From Octopus sinensis (lineage: Eukaryota): a stretch of DNA of 64,000 nt. The first letter of the stretch is position 1. Every line of letters starts with the position of its first letter. The notes under the pieces were generated by a model. It had not been told where the DNA came from, did not search any database, and worked only from the letters and a program-made list of their open reading frames with translations. Below are positions 24,335 to 38,787 of the stretch, in pieces. The stretch lies in NCBI RefSeq assembly GCF_006345805.1, contig NC_043002.1, positions 97,092,001 through 97,156,000 on the forward strand, written 5' to 3'. Position numbers and translations under genes: made by a program.

Positions 24335-25320
24335 ACCAGTAATTTTGAGGGGAGAGATCAGGTTGATTAGATCGAGCCCCACAACACTTGACTAATGCTT
24401 ATTTTATCGTCCATGAATGAATTAAAGTCGAAGTCGACGTGGGGAAATCTGAACGCCACTACACATTTTGTCCGACGCCGGAATGATTCTACAACGTGTA
24501 ATAATTATTTCTACTGTCGTCGTGACCCTCCGTCGGTTACGACGACGAAAGTTCCAGTTGATCCGATCAACGGAACAGCCTGCTCGGGAAATTAACGTGC
24601 AAGTGGCTGAGCACTCCATAGACACATGTGCCCTTAATGTTGTTGTGGGAGAGATTCAGCGTGACACAGAGTGTGACAAGGCTGGTCCTTTGAAATACAG
24701 AAACAAGAGAAACAAGAACAAAGAGCGAGAGAAAGTTGTGGTAAAAAAGTACAGCAGGGTTCGCCACTACCCCTTGCCGGAGCCTTGTGGGGCTTTAGGT
24801 ATCTCCGCTCATTACACACTCACGACGCCCGGTCTGGGAATCGAAACCACAATCCTACAACCGCAAATCTGCTGCCCTAACCACTGGGCCCCCACCATTC
24901 TACACTGCAGGATGAGGGCTAATTGATTTCATAGACCTCCCCACGCTCCAGTACTCAAATGGTATTTCGTTCATCGACGTCGAAAGGGATGACGGGCAGT
25001 CAACATCGACGGAATTTGAACTCTAAACTCAATGACGGACGAAATGTCGCAAAGCATTTTGTCCGGCGTGCTAACGATTCTGCTAGCTCGCTGCCTTATT
25101 TTAGTTTCAAATTTTCGCGCAAGATCAGCAATTTTGGGAGAGGGAATGAGTAGTTATATCAACCCCTGATCTCGACTGGTGCTTATTATCTGAAACCCGA
25201 ACGGATGAAAGGCAAAGTCGACCTCGGCGGAATACGAACTCAGAACGTAGAGATGAATGAAAAGCCACTCAGTGTTAGGGCTAGGATTCCGGCGTACCAA
25301 AGGAATCTGCCAGCGCGTCA
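24335..25320 (-). mobile_element. Cluster of SINEs: family C fragments (24335-24500, 24905-25095, 25110-25320) and family A copy (24528-24895)
   Basis: The family A copy matches 48008-48397; the family C cores are diverged. Confidence 0.75.
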
Positions 25321-25463
25321 TATAGTGAGTTATTAAATATGAAAGTCATTAAATATTAAGGAAATGTGTTTGAATTTGACTATGTGGAGCAACAGTCTGT
25401 GTGCTTGTTTATAGTGGATACTGGGTTCGATCTACAGTGATACCACTGCACTGGTACCACTGG

Positions 25464-25543
<80 letters not shown>

Positions 25544-25757
25544 GTGTGTACATATGCATACAAAGAGACCGAAAGTTGATGTAAAAACTAAATTTGTTTC
25601 TCCATCTTCTTATTTGTATTATATATATATGTGTATGTGTGTGTGTGTGTGTGTGTGTTCTCCACATATTCTAACTCATAATTTTGCCGCGTGGTGTATA
25701 CTGAATCTCCAGTATTTTTGCTCCTTTTATATATAATATACATACATATATATATAT

Positions 25758-25910
25758 CATCATCACCATAATCGTTTAAAGTCCGCTTTCCATGCTAGCA
25801 TGGGTAGGACGATTATGACTGAGGGCTTGCGAATCAGATGGCTGCACCAGGCTCCAATCTTGATCTGGTAGAGTTTCTGCAGCTTGATGCCCTTCCTAAC
25901 GCCAACCACT
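25758..25910 (-). mobile_element. LINE/SINE 3' tail (family E)
   Basis: Reverse complement of the 6318-6475 family. Confidence 0.6.
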
Positions 25911-25944
25911 CCCAGTCACGCGATACCGGCAATGACCTCGCTCG

Positions 25945-26100
25945 AATCATGTGTTTGTGTGTCTGTTTTTGTCCCCAACATTGCTTGACAACCGATTAAG
26001 TATTAGGCTTACAAAGAATAAGTCCTAGAATCGATTTGCTCGACTAAAGGTGGTGCTCCAGCATGACCACATTCAATAGACTGAAACAAACAAAAGAGTA
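25945..26100 (+). mobile_element. SINE family B, 3' fragment
   Basis: GTCCCCAACATTGCTTGACAACCGAT...CGACTAAAGGTGGTGCTCCAGCATG...AAAAGAGTA. Confidence 0.75.
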
Positions 26101-26183
26101 ATAGTAAAAGATATATATATATATATATGTACATACTTACATGCATATATTTATGTGTGTGTGTGTATATGTATGTATGTACG

Positions 26184-26221
<38 letters not shown>

Positions 26222-29169
26222 AGATACATATATACATACATATCTTCAAGATATGTTAAAGTTATACGTTATAGATAATTACACGTATTCGCATGTAGGC
26301 ACACACAAACACCACCACCACACTTCGTACATGTTTTTCATTTGTTCATCAGTATCTGTGCACTTTCTTTCGTGTCTTTCAATAGAATATATAAGCGGGA
26401 TACCTATTAATGTCTACTGCATTGCGTAAGATGAAGAAGGACCATTAAAACGAACAGAGACCGTATATTTCCTTCAATGACATACACTAAACATACGCTA
26501 GCAATTTAGCGCTGCAATTCTCGCAATTTACAGATATATTTATTATCTATTAACTTACCAACGTATCCCTATCAGTTTGTCAACTGTACTTACAGCTCCA
26601 ATTAATGATGATCATCATTTAGAATCGTGCATAGATTTCAACTGTTGATTCAAACTTCAAAGATAGTGCAATATTCAAGAACGATATTTTTTTTTACCGT
26701 TTTGATCTGTTGAAGCACCACTTCATGCAATTTTCACAAATCATTAGAAGAAAATGTCCTCTACGTATTCTATACATCTTTCTTTATTTGTGATTGTTAT
26801 TTTATCCAGTTTACGCTTATTTTTATTTGTAGTTCGTCTCTCTTGCATCTTTTCTCTTAATACTTCGATGCTTCATTCAGAATAATCTTGTCCTATATAC
26901 GGCATTTCCTCCTCGTTAACTATCCCAGATAGCAGGCATTGGTGTGATGCACTAATTTCATAGGTCTTGTGTTAATGTATGACTTGATATGGATCTAATA
27001 TATGCGACTAAACTTGTTTTCGCTTTTGTATTCATTACATTTTGTGTTCAAATCACGCTGTCTTTTGTATTCGCTATTTCTCTTGCCAAGAACGACATAG
27101 AAACAGCCAAAAGCCTTCGGAAAATAAACAATATAACTTCAGTCAACCAGAAATGCTTCCCATCAATACCTGATTGTGGAATTTCTCATGAATAAATCAA
27201 TATTCACAAAATTTCATTAATATTAGCAGTTAATCTCTAACACCCTTCACCTTTTTATTATACAAATGGCAACTTCCTTAATGCTTTTTTTAAATGAGAT
27301 ACAGGTCAACAGCTTCAGTTTATACAATCTAGGATTTGAGACAGTGAAAAATCTTCCACGTGGTTGCTTGGCTTACAAGGAATACCAGCTACATTTCCTT
27401 CAAAGGACACCCTCTCATCTTCAAAACAGAGTTATATACACTAATGTGATCAAACTTATATAACATCTGAAAAAGACAGTATAGTAATGATTGGTCTGGA
27501 CCAAAACCAAGAGCTATTAATATCTATGTGCATCAAAGTAGAAATTGTTTCCTCTTACAGTAGCCGTGAAAATATAGAAGTGTACGTAAATACTTCGGGA
27601 CAACAGTGATGTTAGGAATAGAAACAATTATATCAAATTATTAATTGTCCATAAATGTAAGAATTAGGCATTCAACATTTCATGGTACAAAGCACTTCTG
27701 GAAGCATATATAGTCGATTATATTTTTATAATTTGCTTCTTATAACAAACGATTTGCAAGTATCTGGAGCGAAGGGATACATATATGGATGGCGCACGAG
27801 GCAGTGGTGTAAAAATAAACGAAGCTTAGATAAGTTCAAATATATGTGGAACATATACGGACGATTAAGACGTATCATCACTGCGATTTTCCATAGAGAA
27901 AAATTCTTGCTTCAGACAAAAGGGGTTAAAAACACCAAAGTCAGTGTTTTTAACACTATTTGCGTAAAACGAGGATTTTCCTCAATGCCAAAGAAGCAGT
28001 TAAAATGTTTCTCTACAGGTCAACAGTGTCTCAAACATATTTGGACAGATTTGAAATATGTTTTCATACAATACATTATTGGATATTGATCTTACATTCA
28101 TCTCATAAAAATGCTGTCAGTGGAGATGCCAAGTTGTTTGCTTATCTTGAGATTTTAGCAACTAATTCCATCCTCTCCTCATATTCCTGACTGATAAATA
28201 GACATTCCAAATAACATTGCTTTCTTTTGTCCCCTCAAAACTTAACATCAGCCAAAAGGTGACTATCCATGTTCCTATTGGGTCCTTCCACAACTATTTC
28301 ATTTTAACTGCCCAACACAATATTATCACATTACCCTCAGAATCCATGGCACTCAAAGTCATCCAATAGATGGGATCTTCGCCATTTCTATTCCAACTAT
28401 ACCACGTAGAACATGATTTACTCCTGACCCATCAAACTCTATTATTGTTTGCGTAATCTAAGATATCAATTCAGCCATGTAACATCACATTCGCGACACA
28501 AAATCCAAATTAGCGAAGTCTCGCAAACGGTTTAATCGTAGATGTGTTGCAGTTGTTCGGAGGAAAGACAAGGCTTACAATGTCAAAGAAAGCTGACTCT
28601 CTCCCAAAAACTGTGATAGCCATCAGTAGCGCTACTCGATAAGACTATTAACCAATGTGGAACTGAGAAGCTTTCACTACACATGGCACTTAACGTTTGT
28701 TGCCTCCCCAACTGTATGCAGTCTTTCTGTTCCCTCAGCAAATTAATACCCACCAACATGTCAGAATCCTTTCTGCCCAGCCTTCTAAACAATGATGTGG
28801 CTTTCAGCGGTTCTTCACTGGAGAAAACATCTACTTTTGCTCTGCTTGTTTTGCATCCAACATCATTCTAAGCATCCTTAACCAATGCTCTCCATATCAA
28901 CACCTTTCCACATCATCAAGCATCTCACCTCAAATCCAAACACACCAAGTGAGGAATTACCTTCTCGTTGCTTCAGACCATTAAAGCCGGTTGTCTAGAT
29001 GAGCTACAGCAACCCTTCTAATGCACTCAAACACCACAACCCTCGCAACATACCGCTATGCGCATTAAATATTTATATCCTCTCTCTCTTTGTCTGTGTC
29101 TCTCTCTTTCTCTCTCCCTCTCTCTTTCTCACTACTAGAGCATATATATCTTCACATTTGGGAGCATGT

Positions 29170-30300
29170 TTTAGTGTGTCTCATCCGAAAGAAAGGCAAC
29201 CTAATTAAATCGACCAACTATCGCACTTACCCTTAACCATCTCTAACAAGGACATTCCTCGCCATCTCCAATCTATGTCGCCCCTCAGTGAACAACCAAT
29301 GGGGATTCCGCAGAGCTGGATCCACTGGACAATCACATTCTTATGTCACTTGCCAATGTGTTTTCCCTTTAGCGAAGTTCCGTCACAGGAATGTTGTCCC
29401 TGTAGATATCTATGCTTTTGACGATGTCTGGGAGTTGAAATTCCTTTCAAACTTGTCCACCTACAGGCTCGATCCACCTCTCTCAACTCTTGGATCTGTA
29501 GCTGCCTCTCAGATTATGTCATCACTACTCGCTTCAATTTCACTGAACGATGGTGACACCCACGTGTCAGTTTTGTTCTGCCCTTTTTTTCTTCTATACA
29601 GTAATCACCTACTTGCCACCACATTCAATATTACCCATTTTTATGCAAATAATACGAACCTTCAGTACCTCATAACCTTACCCAACCATACACAACCAAT
29701 AAACCATGGGTCGAACCTGATTTGATTCCATAAACGGTGACCTTGAGAGTATATTTCAGAGTATAAACTCTGGAATACTACACAATTGAGGAAAACACCA
29801 TCGCATTCCGCATTAAGTATGAGTGGCACTTAAAAAAACCTTACGTTAGCCCCAAAGTTCCAACATTTGCTGACTCTGCAAGGATGAAAAGAGGCCTCAT
29901 TGAGACACTAGTCCCATATGTAGGACAGTAATCCAGCAATGCATACAAGCATTTTGTACAGTAATCAGAGAAAGGGTTTTCGATTGGATGACATTCATTT
30001 ACAACCGGACACAGTCCATTCTCTGATGCTCAAGAATATTGTTTCCTCTCTGTCATTACCATCGCTCTTTTAATGGTTTCTCTTCCTCAGAACTGCATGG
30101 TACCGAGCTACTTCAGACACCTACAGTACCAACTTCACTCCATTTTTCATGGCCCTTGTTGTGTTCACCACTGACTCCACCCCTCATTCACCAGTATACC
30201 CAATCTAGAAAAATTCGTCCGCTCATGCATGTCTTATTGTCACTCACCTCCAACCACTTCAACGAGAAGTTACATCGACCCCACAAGTCTGGAAGGCCTC
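29170..30300 (+). mobile_element. Decayed L2/CR1-type LINE reverse transcriptase fragment
   Basis: STNYR, NNQWGFRRAGSTG, DIYAFDDVW, PFFLLYSNHLL, FYANN (degenerate YADD) and YHRSFNGFSSSEL, in the correct order. Confidence 0.75.
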
Positions 30301-30904
30301 CCAAAAGGTATGGCAGCTGTTCTTTCTTCGGGTTCCAGGAAGTAAAGGATATTACCCACTTACTTGTTTATTTATTCATATTTAATTTTTCCAGGTATTT
30401 TTTTCTTTTGGCAAAAACTCAGAACCTAAGAGAAGCTTCAGTGGCGTTTAAATAAAACATTTTGCAAGTTGTAAGCAAATTTTGAACAATAAATACACAT
30501 ATGCAGGCAATATTCCCTCCAGCCGGGCAAGTAATGGTCAACTACACGCTGAAAATAACTGACCTGGTTGCTAGTGCTACTAATTTGGTCTCCTTTGCAA
30601 CCGATGTGACTTGACTGCGATGAAGATAAGAGATGTAAATTCTTTCTCGATTTTATTCATTTCTGAGATCGATTGATAAATACAATTTTTGCTTTAGAGA
30701 AAAATGATTCTACAACTGTATCACGGCATGAATATTTATACATTTTATATCATTTATAAAATGATATCAAATGTATAAATATTCATACTGGGAACCTCCT
30801 AAGATTCAGCCATGTCTGTTTCAAATAACGAGTTCACATCAGAGATGAGCTGAGGGATTTCATGTATAGTAGTGTTTCTAATATTAGTTTCAAAGTTTGG
30901 CTCA

Positions 30905-31095
30905 AGGCCATCAACATTAGAGAATGGTTAAGTCGATTACATCGACCCAAGTGCTCAAGTGATTTTATCGACTTAGAAAGTAGGAACAGCAAAGCCGGGA
31001 TCGGAGGAGTTTGAAATTTAGTTCGCAAAGATGGGGCTAAATGCCGCTAAGTATTTCACTCAGAGTGCTAACAATTCTGTCAGTTCACCGCCTTA
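30905..31095 (-). mobile_element. SINE family C, diverged
   Basis: CAAGGCC...AGTCGATTACATCGACCC...CACCGCC. Confidence 0.65.
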
Positions 31096-31268
31096 AACAG
31101 TGGTTTTGATATCAACAAAGGGTTAAGCATGAAGCTAGGAAAATGTTTTAATATCGTAAGGTTAAGCATTTCCTCCTTTTGTGGTTAAGTCTCTTTGAAA
31201 TATATTTAGACACTCTCCAGATGGCGCACCTAATCGGGTTTGGTGCACGAAAGGAGATTCACGTTTGC

Positions 31269-31304
<36 letters not shown>

Positions 31305-31310
<6 letters not shown>

Positions 31311-31465
31311 GTTTATTTCTGTGTTCCTTTCTGTTGAAGAGCGTAGGCTCGAAACGTAAAAGACTTTCTCACTTTCCGAGCGTTAAACTAATACATCTGT
31401 TTGTTATTTACACACCCGTCTTCGTCTTTTGTTGTTTTTTTTTTGTTAAATTCTCACTATATTTA
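31305..31465 (+). mobile_element. Penelope-type terminal fragment, family G, with hammerhead-like motif at 31326-31363
   Basis: CUUU-CUGUUGA-A-GAG CGUAGG CUC-GAAAC GUA-AAAG; preceded by (TA)n. Confidence 0.55.
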
Positions 31466-31645
31466 TGTATGTATGTATTTATGTATGTATATGTACATGT
31501 ATATGTTTTGTTGTATTTCGGGAGGGTCATTTTTTCTTTTGCCAAATAAACACACCCACTATATATTCGTCCTTCATTCGTTTATTACTATTTTTATTTT
31601 AACTCATGTCAATTGTCTGAAAATCTTTCGTCATACATCTATGAC

Positions 31646-31745
31646 NNNNNNNNNNNNNNNNNNNNNNNNNNNNNNNNNNNNNNNNNNNNNNNNNNNNNNN
31701 NNNNNNNNNNNNNNNNNNNNNNNNNNNNNNNNNNNNNNNNNNNNN
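31646..31745. other. Assembly gap (100 N)
   Basis: Exactly 100 N, typical of an unsized scaffold join; contiguity across it is unproven. Confidence 0.99.
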
Positions 31746-31789
31746 AGACATCGTATAACATTCATACATCTAGTTAGTATTTCAAGGTC

Positions 31790-33461
31790 ATTGACCCTAA
31801 TACATTGCAAGCATCTGTGCAACATTTTTATCACGTTTTCATGGGATTCGAGAACAAGATACTACAGTTTACTTCCTTGATGCTCCTAATGGAACTGGAA
31901 AACCATTCGTGGTCTATATTTTGCTTGCCAAATTTTTATAGTAATAAAACCCAAGCTATTGCAGGTGTCTTTTAAGATATTGTTTTCTACTCTAGCACAA
32001 GGCCCGAAATTTTTTGGGGAGGGGGCTAGTCGATTAGATCGACTCCAGTGCGTAGCTGGTACTTAATTTATCGACCCCGAAAGGAGGAAAAGCAAACTCC
32101 AAACGTAAAGACAGATGAAATACCTATTTCTTTACTACTCACAAGGGGCTAAACACAGAGAGGACAAACAAGGACATACAGACGGATTAAGTCGATTATA
32201 CCGACCCCAGTGCGTAACTGCTACTTAATTTATCGACCCCGAAAGGATGAAAGGCAAAGATGACCTCGGTGAAATTTGAACTTAGAACGTAGCGGCAGAC
32301 GAAATACCACTAAGCATTTCGCTCGGCCTGCTAACGTTTCTGTCAGCTCACCGCCTTTTCAGATATTGTCATCGCATTTCTTCTTGAGGGTTTTATAGCA
32401 TATTGTGCTTTGAAAGTTTCTATTTGACTTGGAAACAATATTTTGCAGCATAGCCAAGTAGTAGAGAAAGATACCTGTCTCTAAGCGATGCTAAATATTG
32501 ATCTAGGATTAATGGAGGCCCTCACCTGCACATTGCAGAACTTGCGAGACGGTAGATCTTAGATGGGTGGAGTTTTAATGATGTCACATGTTTTCTGTCA
32601 GACCATGTTACTGATTCCAAAAGAAATATCTTTTGGAAATCCACGCTTGCAATAAATCGTCATCGCTTTGGATAAAATTTAAAAACTACAAACTCTCTAC
32701 GAACATGAAACAAACGGTCCAGTCTGAGACGGAGAAGATTTTTTCCATCAATATTGGTATCATTACCCCCAGCACCTTTAATATGATTGGTTAAACCTGT
32801 TGATGAATTCTAACGAAAGTGTTCCTCATTCCAAACCGCCATTACACAACACATAATGGCTATGAAAAAGATCTATAACTGCACCCAAATATGCTGTAGT
32901 CACCAGCAATAAGTGGCAACGATTGCATGCGCCGCCAGGAAATAACCACAACTACTATTCAATAGACATTGTTTTGGATCAGACAAGAGGAAATCTTTAT
33001 CCTGTTGAATTTTCAAATTTCTTAGAAACCTTTGGTTTATTATTGTACAATCTTCACCTAGGCAGGGATTCCCAATAACACTTGCGTGATTTAAAACACC
33101 CTCAAGGTAATGCCAGAAAACTAATTGTGAAGAAGCTTACGCCACATGTGATCAAGCCTGCTGTTCTTTGTGGGTGAACCGAGGTAGAAGATGCAATTAT
33201 ATTCAGAATTTTAATCATACTAAGAGGTGTGCCGTTTCGATTGAGAAGAATCCAATTGTTATTACACCTACGCTATTTCATGCCATTAAATACATCTCAA
33301 ATACAAACATTAACAGTTTCTGGTCTGTATCTTCAGGAATTCTGCTTTGTTTATGGCCAATTTATGTAGCATCATTAGGCGCTGGAAAACCCCATAAGCG
33401 TTATATTTATGTTCCTGCTCACAAATACAAAAATGTTGTATATCCTAAAATCGTGCTATGA
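31790..33461 (+). mobile_element. Decayed Helitron PIF1-like helicase region, interrupted by a SINE C dimer (31984-32355)
   Basis: YFLDAPNGTGKPF (Walker A), EALTCTLQNLRDG..MGGV, YPVEFSNFLE, LIVKKLTPHVI, GQFYVA...YKNVVYP; the SINE is flanked by a TSD TTTT(A/C)AGATATTGT at 31970-31983 and 32356-32369. Confidence 0.85.
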
Positions 33462-34236
33462 ATATTCAAAACTAAGATGCCAAGATGAAATTTTAAAATT
33501 ATCAATCTATAATGTTTTCATATCTAATATATAGCAATATAACCTGAGGCTCATCGCAATTCTTAATTACTTTATCAGTGCGTCTATTGTATTTCTAATA
33601 TGTGGATGTATTGGTTCCTCTAGGCACTCCGGTTGCCACACGTTATAACAATTGTATTATTTCCATGACTGATTCATCCCCCAAAAACCAGCTTTCGATT
33701 CATTTCTCGAATTATTTTAAGAAATAGAATTTTAAGAATAAAAGATACATATGTCCAATAATAGTTTCCAATAGAATAAAGCAATTTTCGCTTTCATTTA
33801 ATCCTTTGTTAATAATTAATATATTGAATTAGCTGTATCTCAAATTACCTAATCAAATTACAAAATATGCAATTAGTATTAAAAGCGAATTTCTAGCACA
33901 GTGCATTGGATACCAAGCTGGAAAAAACACAGAGAAAAACGATTCCATTCCATACATGGACGGTAACTTTTCAGAAAAACCCCATACACTTACAGCTATT
34001 TTACAGCCTGGGTAATGCCGTTTTTGTTTTGTTTACAACTGCACGCACGCGCGCACACACATACACACACATAAATGAGCATGTATGCGTGTGTGTTCTT
34101 AATTTCTCGATCCCAAAAGGATGAAAGATAAAGTCCTCGGACTCGGCGGCATTCGGATTCAGGATGCAAATTTCGGAGAAATGCCGCTAAAAAATGAGTC
34201 CGATGCGGAAATGATTCTGTCAGCTTGCTACGTCTT

Positions 34237-34248
34237 ATGATAATAATA

Positions 34249-34291
<43 letters not shown>

Positions 34292-34296
34292 TAATA

Positions 34297-34357
<61 letters not shown>

Positions 34358-34388
34358 TAACAATAATAATAATAATAATAATAATAAC

Positions 34389-34449
<61 letters not shown>

Positions 34450-34456
34450 GTGATAA
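34237..34456. repeat. (AAT)n microsatellite
   Basis: Direct reading. Confidence 0.98.
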
Positions 34457-34489
34457 TGTGTTTCCAGAAGAGAAATATGGTAGGATAGA

Positions 34490-35782
34490 AAACTGAACTG
34501 ACATCTTACGGAGAAAGCTTACGCACCCTGGGTATCAGAAGAGTGATTTTCAAGGATGACAACTTATCTCCGCAGCTTTTTGCTCTCTGCATGACACCCC
34601 TGACCTTGATACTTAGGAAAATGAACCTGGGGTGCCAACTAAAGGGACAATCCTAAACAATCAACCACCTCCTCTTCATGGATGATTTGAAACTGTTTGG
34701 CAAGAATGAGACACAAATGAGTTCTTTGGTGAACACGGTCCACTGTTTTAGTGCTGTTATTAGAAGGTAATTTGGATTCAAGAAGTGCAGAATAATCTAC
34801 CTAAAAAGAGGCAAGGTACAGTCCGTAGCAGGGATGGAATTACCGAAAAGAAACTTGATTAAACAAATTGAAATGGAAGGCTACAAATACCTTGGTGTAT
34901 TACAGTTCAACGAGTTAATGGAGAAGGAAATGAAACAGCAGCTGAGGACGGAATATTTCCGAAGACTAAGGTTGGTGTTGCGCTTAAAATTGACCGGGTG
35001 GAAGAAAACCCAAGCCGTTAAAACGTTGGCGATAGCATCACTTCGGTATGGAGCGGGAATTATCAAATGGCAAAAGAGAGAAGTGATGAAATGCATAGCC
35101 ATACCAGAAAAATGTTGATAGTACACGTAGCCTGCCACACCAAGAGTGACACCGATGGTCTGTACTTGTCCAGAAGAAATGGTGACAGGGGTTAGATCAG
35201 TTGCCATGACTGTATCAAAGCGGAGGAAAATAGCTTGCGGTAGTATATAAAAATGCTGTCGATCCATTGTTAAAACATACTAAGGCTGGTGTCATCGAAA
35301 CTGAATATTGTGTAATGAAAGAAAAATTTAAAGAAAAAGATGAACGCAAAAAAAGAAAAAGCACGGAAGGAAAAATGCATGGTCAGTTTGCAAGAGATAT
35401 GAACGCCAAGACAGATACAGAGGACGGGTGTCTATGGTTGAGGAGAATTGAACTGAAAATAGAGACAGAAGTACTAATATGCGCAGCTGAAGAACAAGCG
35501 TAAGGAACAATTATATGAAGTGCAGAATTGACAACACTACCGAGAGCGACAAATGCAGAATGTGTGGTGACAGGGGTGAAATAGCGAATGCCCGAAATTG
35601 GCACAACGCGAATACAAAAGTGCCCATGGCAATGTGGCAAGGATGATCCACTTGGAGCTCTGTGTAAATTACGGCCTACAAAGAGCAAAGACGTGGTATG
35701 AACAAACCCTACGAGACACCGAGAATGAGAATTGCAAAAGAGTAGGCGTGATACCAATAGCAATTGGTGTACTTGGAAGTAT
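34490..35782 (+). mobile_element. Decayed R4/Dong-like non-LTR retrotransposon (RT, CCHC, start of RLE C-terminus)
   Basis: IFKDDNLSPQLF, INHLLFMDDLKLF, YKYLG, TKSDTDGLYLSRRNGDRG, LKIETEVLICAAEEQA, CRMC...CPKLAQREYKSAHGNVA, VIPIAIGVLG. Confidence 0.85.
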
Positions 35783-36002
35783 CATATTTCTTTACTACCC
35801 ACAAGGGGCTAAACACAGAGGGGACAAACAAGGACAGACAAACGGATTAAGTCGATTACATCGACCCCAGTGCGTAACTGGTGCTTAATTTATCGACACC
35901 GAAAGGATGAAAGGCAAAGTCGACCTCGGCGGAATTTGAACTCAGACGAAATACTGCTACGCATATCGCCCGGCGTGCTAACGTTTCTGCCAGCTCGCCG
36001 CC
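35783..36002 (-). mobile_element. SINE family C inserted into the R4/Dong remnant
   Basis: 15-bp TSD TGTACTTGGAAGTAT at 35768-35782 and 36003-36017. Confidence 0.9.
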
Positions 36003-37247
36003 TGTACTTGGAAGTATTAGCACTCAACTACCAACATGACCTTAATGTCATTGCAATTACCATCATTCTTCTGCAATGAGCAAGGGTGCCATAGTTTGCC
36101 CTCATTTCTCACATCACCTCTAGTTTCAAAGTGTAACTATACTATTTTATACGAGCTACTCCTATTAATAAATATATATCCTGCCATACACCGTCATGAA
36201 CTTCCTTTAAGCATTTATTTGAGGACATATAAAGTCACCTTCCAGCCTTCACGAAGAAATTTATACCATTTCCTCCTTCGTTGAGCAATTTCCTCTGGTA
36301 AATATATTTTTTGACATACGATTGTCACGATTCTTTCTTGACTTCTTTTGAGCTACACCTAAAATTGTTCCTTTGGCTTATATTAGCAAAGAAGCTGCTG
36401 TTACGAATTATTGTTAATATATTACAATCTTATATTGTTCTTTCCATCTAATGCCATAAATTCGTGCTTTGGGGAATTTAAACGTGACGAGCTGTCGTTA
36501 TAAAGTATATTTATTTAATTATAATTCTTCCGTTTAACCATTTTCCTTCCAGTTTATACGTTTGATTCGTTTCTAATTACTGCTGCTGAACAAATCAAAT
36601 GATACAGAATTTTTTCAAAAGTTCTCATTGACAAACCAATGAAAGAGCCATATTGAAAATATGAAAGCACAAGGAAAATTTAACAAAACATTAAATTTCT
36701 GTAACTTAAACCGTTCGTCTACACCAGTGGGTGCCCCAACCTGTTGACACTAGTTCCCAGTACTGTTTATAATGTTTGCGGCTGAAGAGAGCTTTAAACC
36801 ATCTTTTATATCAATAATACACTGATGTAGTAACAGATTGTTGATAAAGCTTGAAACACGTGTACCGCGATATCCTTTGTGTTCTGTTTTTAATTTATAT
36901 TTGATATATATACTCTCTCACTTCTGCCACTATCTGGCATTTACAGGTGCTTACAATTATCAAGTATTCACTCTAAATTTACAGTACCTACTATATATAA
37001 TGTTTAATTCGTATATATAAAAGTAATTTTTAGTGACAGAACCACCTTCAACTCAATCAACACTGAAAGGTCTTATACCCGACCAGTCCATCTGGAGTGA
37101 TTTTCATTGAGAGATGTTCATTTTAGTACATCTAATTTGAATGTCTTTTTCCTGTGTACTCGGAAGTAATATTCCCTAATAATTATAATATATATATATA
37201 TATATATACACACACCCAAACACACACACACAAACACACACACACTA

Positions 37248-37345
<98 letters not shown>

Positions 37346-37546
37346 ATATATATATATATCCATCTACATATGAAATTGTGAATTTAGTTCATGGACCCCA
37401 ATACTACTTTTGCAGACTACCAGGGGTCCGCGGAACCTAGGTTGGGAACCACTGATCTACACCATGCATTGGGATACAGTTACCAATGTTGCAAAGCAGG
37501 AATCATTAGAAGGCGGCCTTCTAATAATAATAATAACAATAATAAC

Positions 37547-37615
<69 letters not shown>

Positions 37616-37789
37616 CCCTGGCGCAGTACCAGGAAGCACCTCTCATGGCTCTTGATCCTAATTGATTGGAAGTGTTATCATGTACATGTCTTGGTATAAA
37701 AGATGGGCCACAGCAAAATATTCTGCTCAATACCACAGATTTGCTTGTCGATTGCTGGACATAACCAGTTGAGCTTGTCGTTTGGTAGG

Positions 37790-37968
37790 CACGCCGGGTG
37801 GGATGCTTAATGGCATTTCGTCCGTCTTTACGTTCTGAGCTCAAATTACGCCGGAGTCAACTTTGGCATTTCGGGTCGATATATTAAGTACCAGTGGAAT
37901 ACTGGGAGATGAAATCGACTTTCGCCTTTCCCTCGAAAGGGTTGGGCTTGTGCCAACATTTGAGACCA
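37790..37968 (+). mobile_element. SINE family C, diverged
   Basis: GCACGCCGGG...CTTTACGTTCTGAGCTCAAATTACGCCGGAGTCAACTTTGGCATTTCGGGTCGATA. Confidence 0.7.
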
Positions 37969-37978
37969 TTATCATTAC

Positions 37979-38039
<61 letters not shown>

Positions 38040-38059
38040 GTTGTTGTTGTTGTTGTTGT

Positions 38060-38290
38060 AAAAGACTCTCGGATATAGCAGGCAATAACCAATCACCAAA
38101 GGTTCCAAGTAGTACCCTCTCCGCTGACTCAAAGTGACAATACTCTCCTTAAATTGCGGGTTGTACCCAACAATGCTGTCTGCTGGATCACCTCGAGCCT
38201 GACAACAGCTCCTATATTCTTAATATGCTTTTCAAAGCAAAGAAACACGTCCCTACCGAAGAAATATCGAACAGAACTACATAGATAAGA
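38060..38290 (-). mobile_element. 3' end of an R4/Dong-like RLE element
   Basis: IQQTALLGTTRNLRRVLS terminal motif; the 3' end runs into (AAC)n(AAT)n at 37971-38058. Confidence 0.7.
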
Positions 38291-38787
38291 ATGAGAAATT
38301 CAAGCAATAAATAATTTCACAAGTGGCACATAAAAAGAATGACCATATTTCATGTAAACTTTGCCAATTTGTGTGATAATGCTATCAACAAGAGAGTATA
38401 TGTAGCAAGCGAACAAATTAGCGTTATTTTATACGACTGTAAATGTTGTTTGTTTGTATAACACAAAATATTGACATATATATTTAAGAGCATTGTTATA
38501 AAGAAGAGATGATTATGACTGAAATAATAGATTATTTAAGTCTATGTGGCAGAGATATATAACCAAGGGAAAAACATCTTTCCCCGACGTGATTATTCGC
38601 GTGTGAACCAAGAGAGAGATATGTGTCTCTGGAAATACATAAGAAATTTTATTATGCACTCAAAGAAAAAAGAATAAACGTACCCTGAACTGATACGTGG
38701 AGCTATACTTTCATAATGAATAGGAACATATCTATAAAACAATTCCGAATTTAACACATTGCGAACTGAAAATATAGCTAAACAGAC

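Noticed and set aside
28200-29000. Possible old LINE (RTE-like) remnant on minus
   Set aside because: Too degraded for a confident motif in any frame.
31214-31228. CTCF/YY1-like motif CTCCAGATGGCGC
   Set aside because: A single short motif without supporting context cannot be called a regulatory site.
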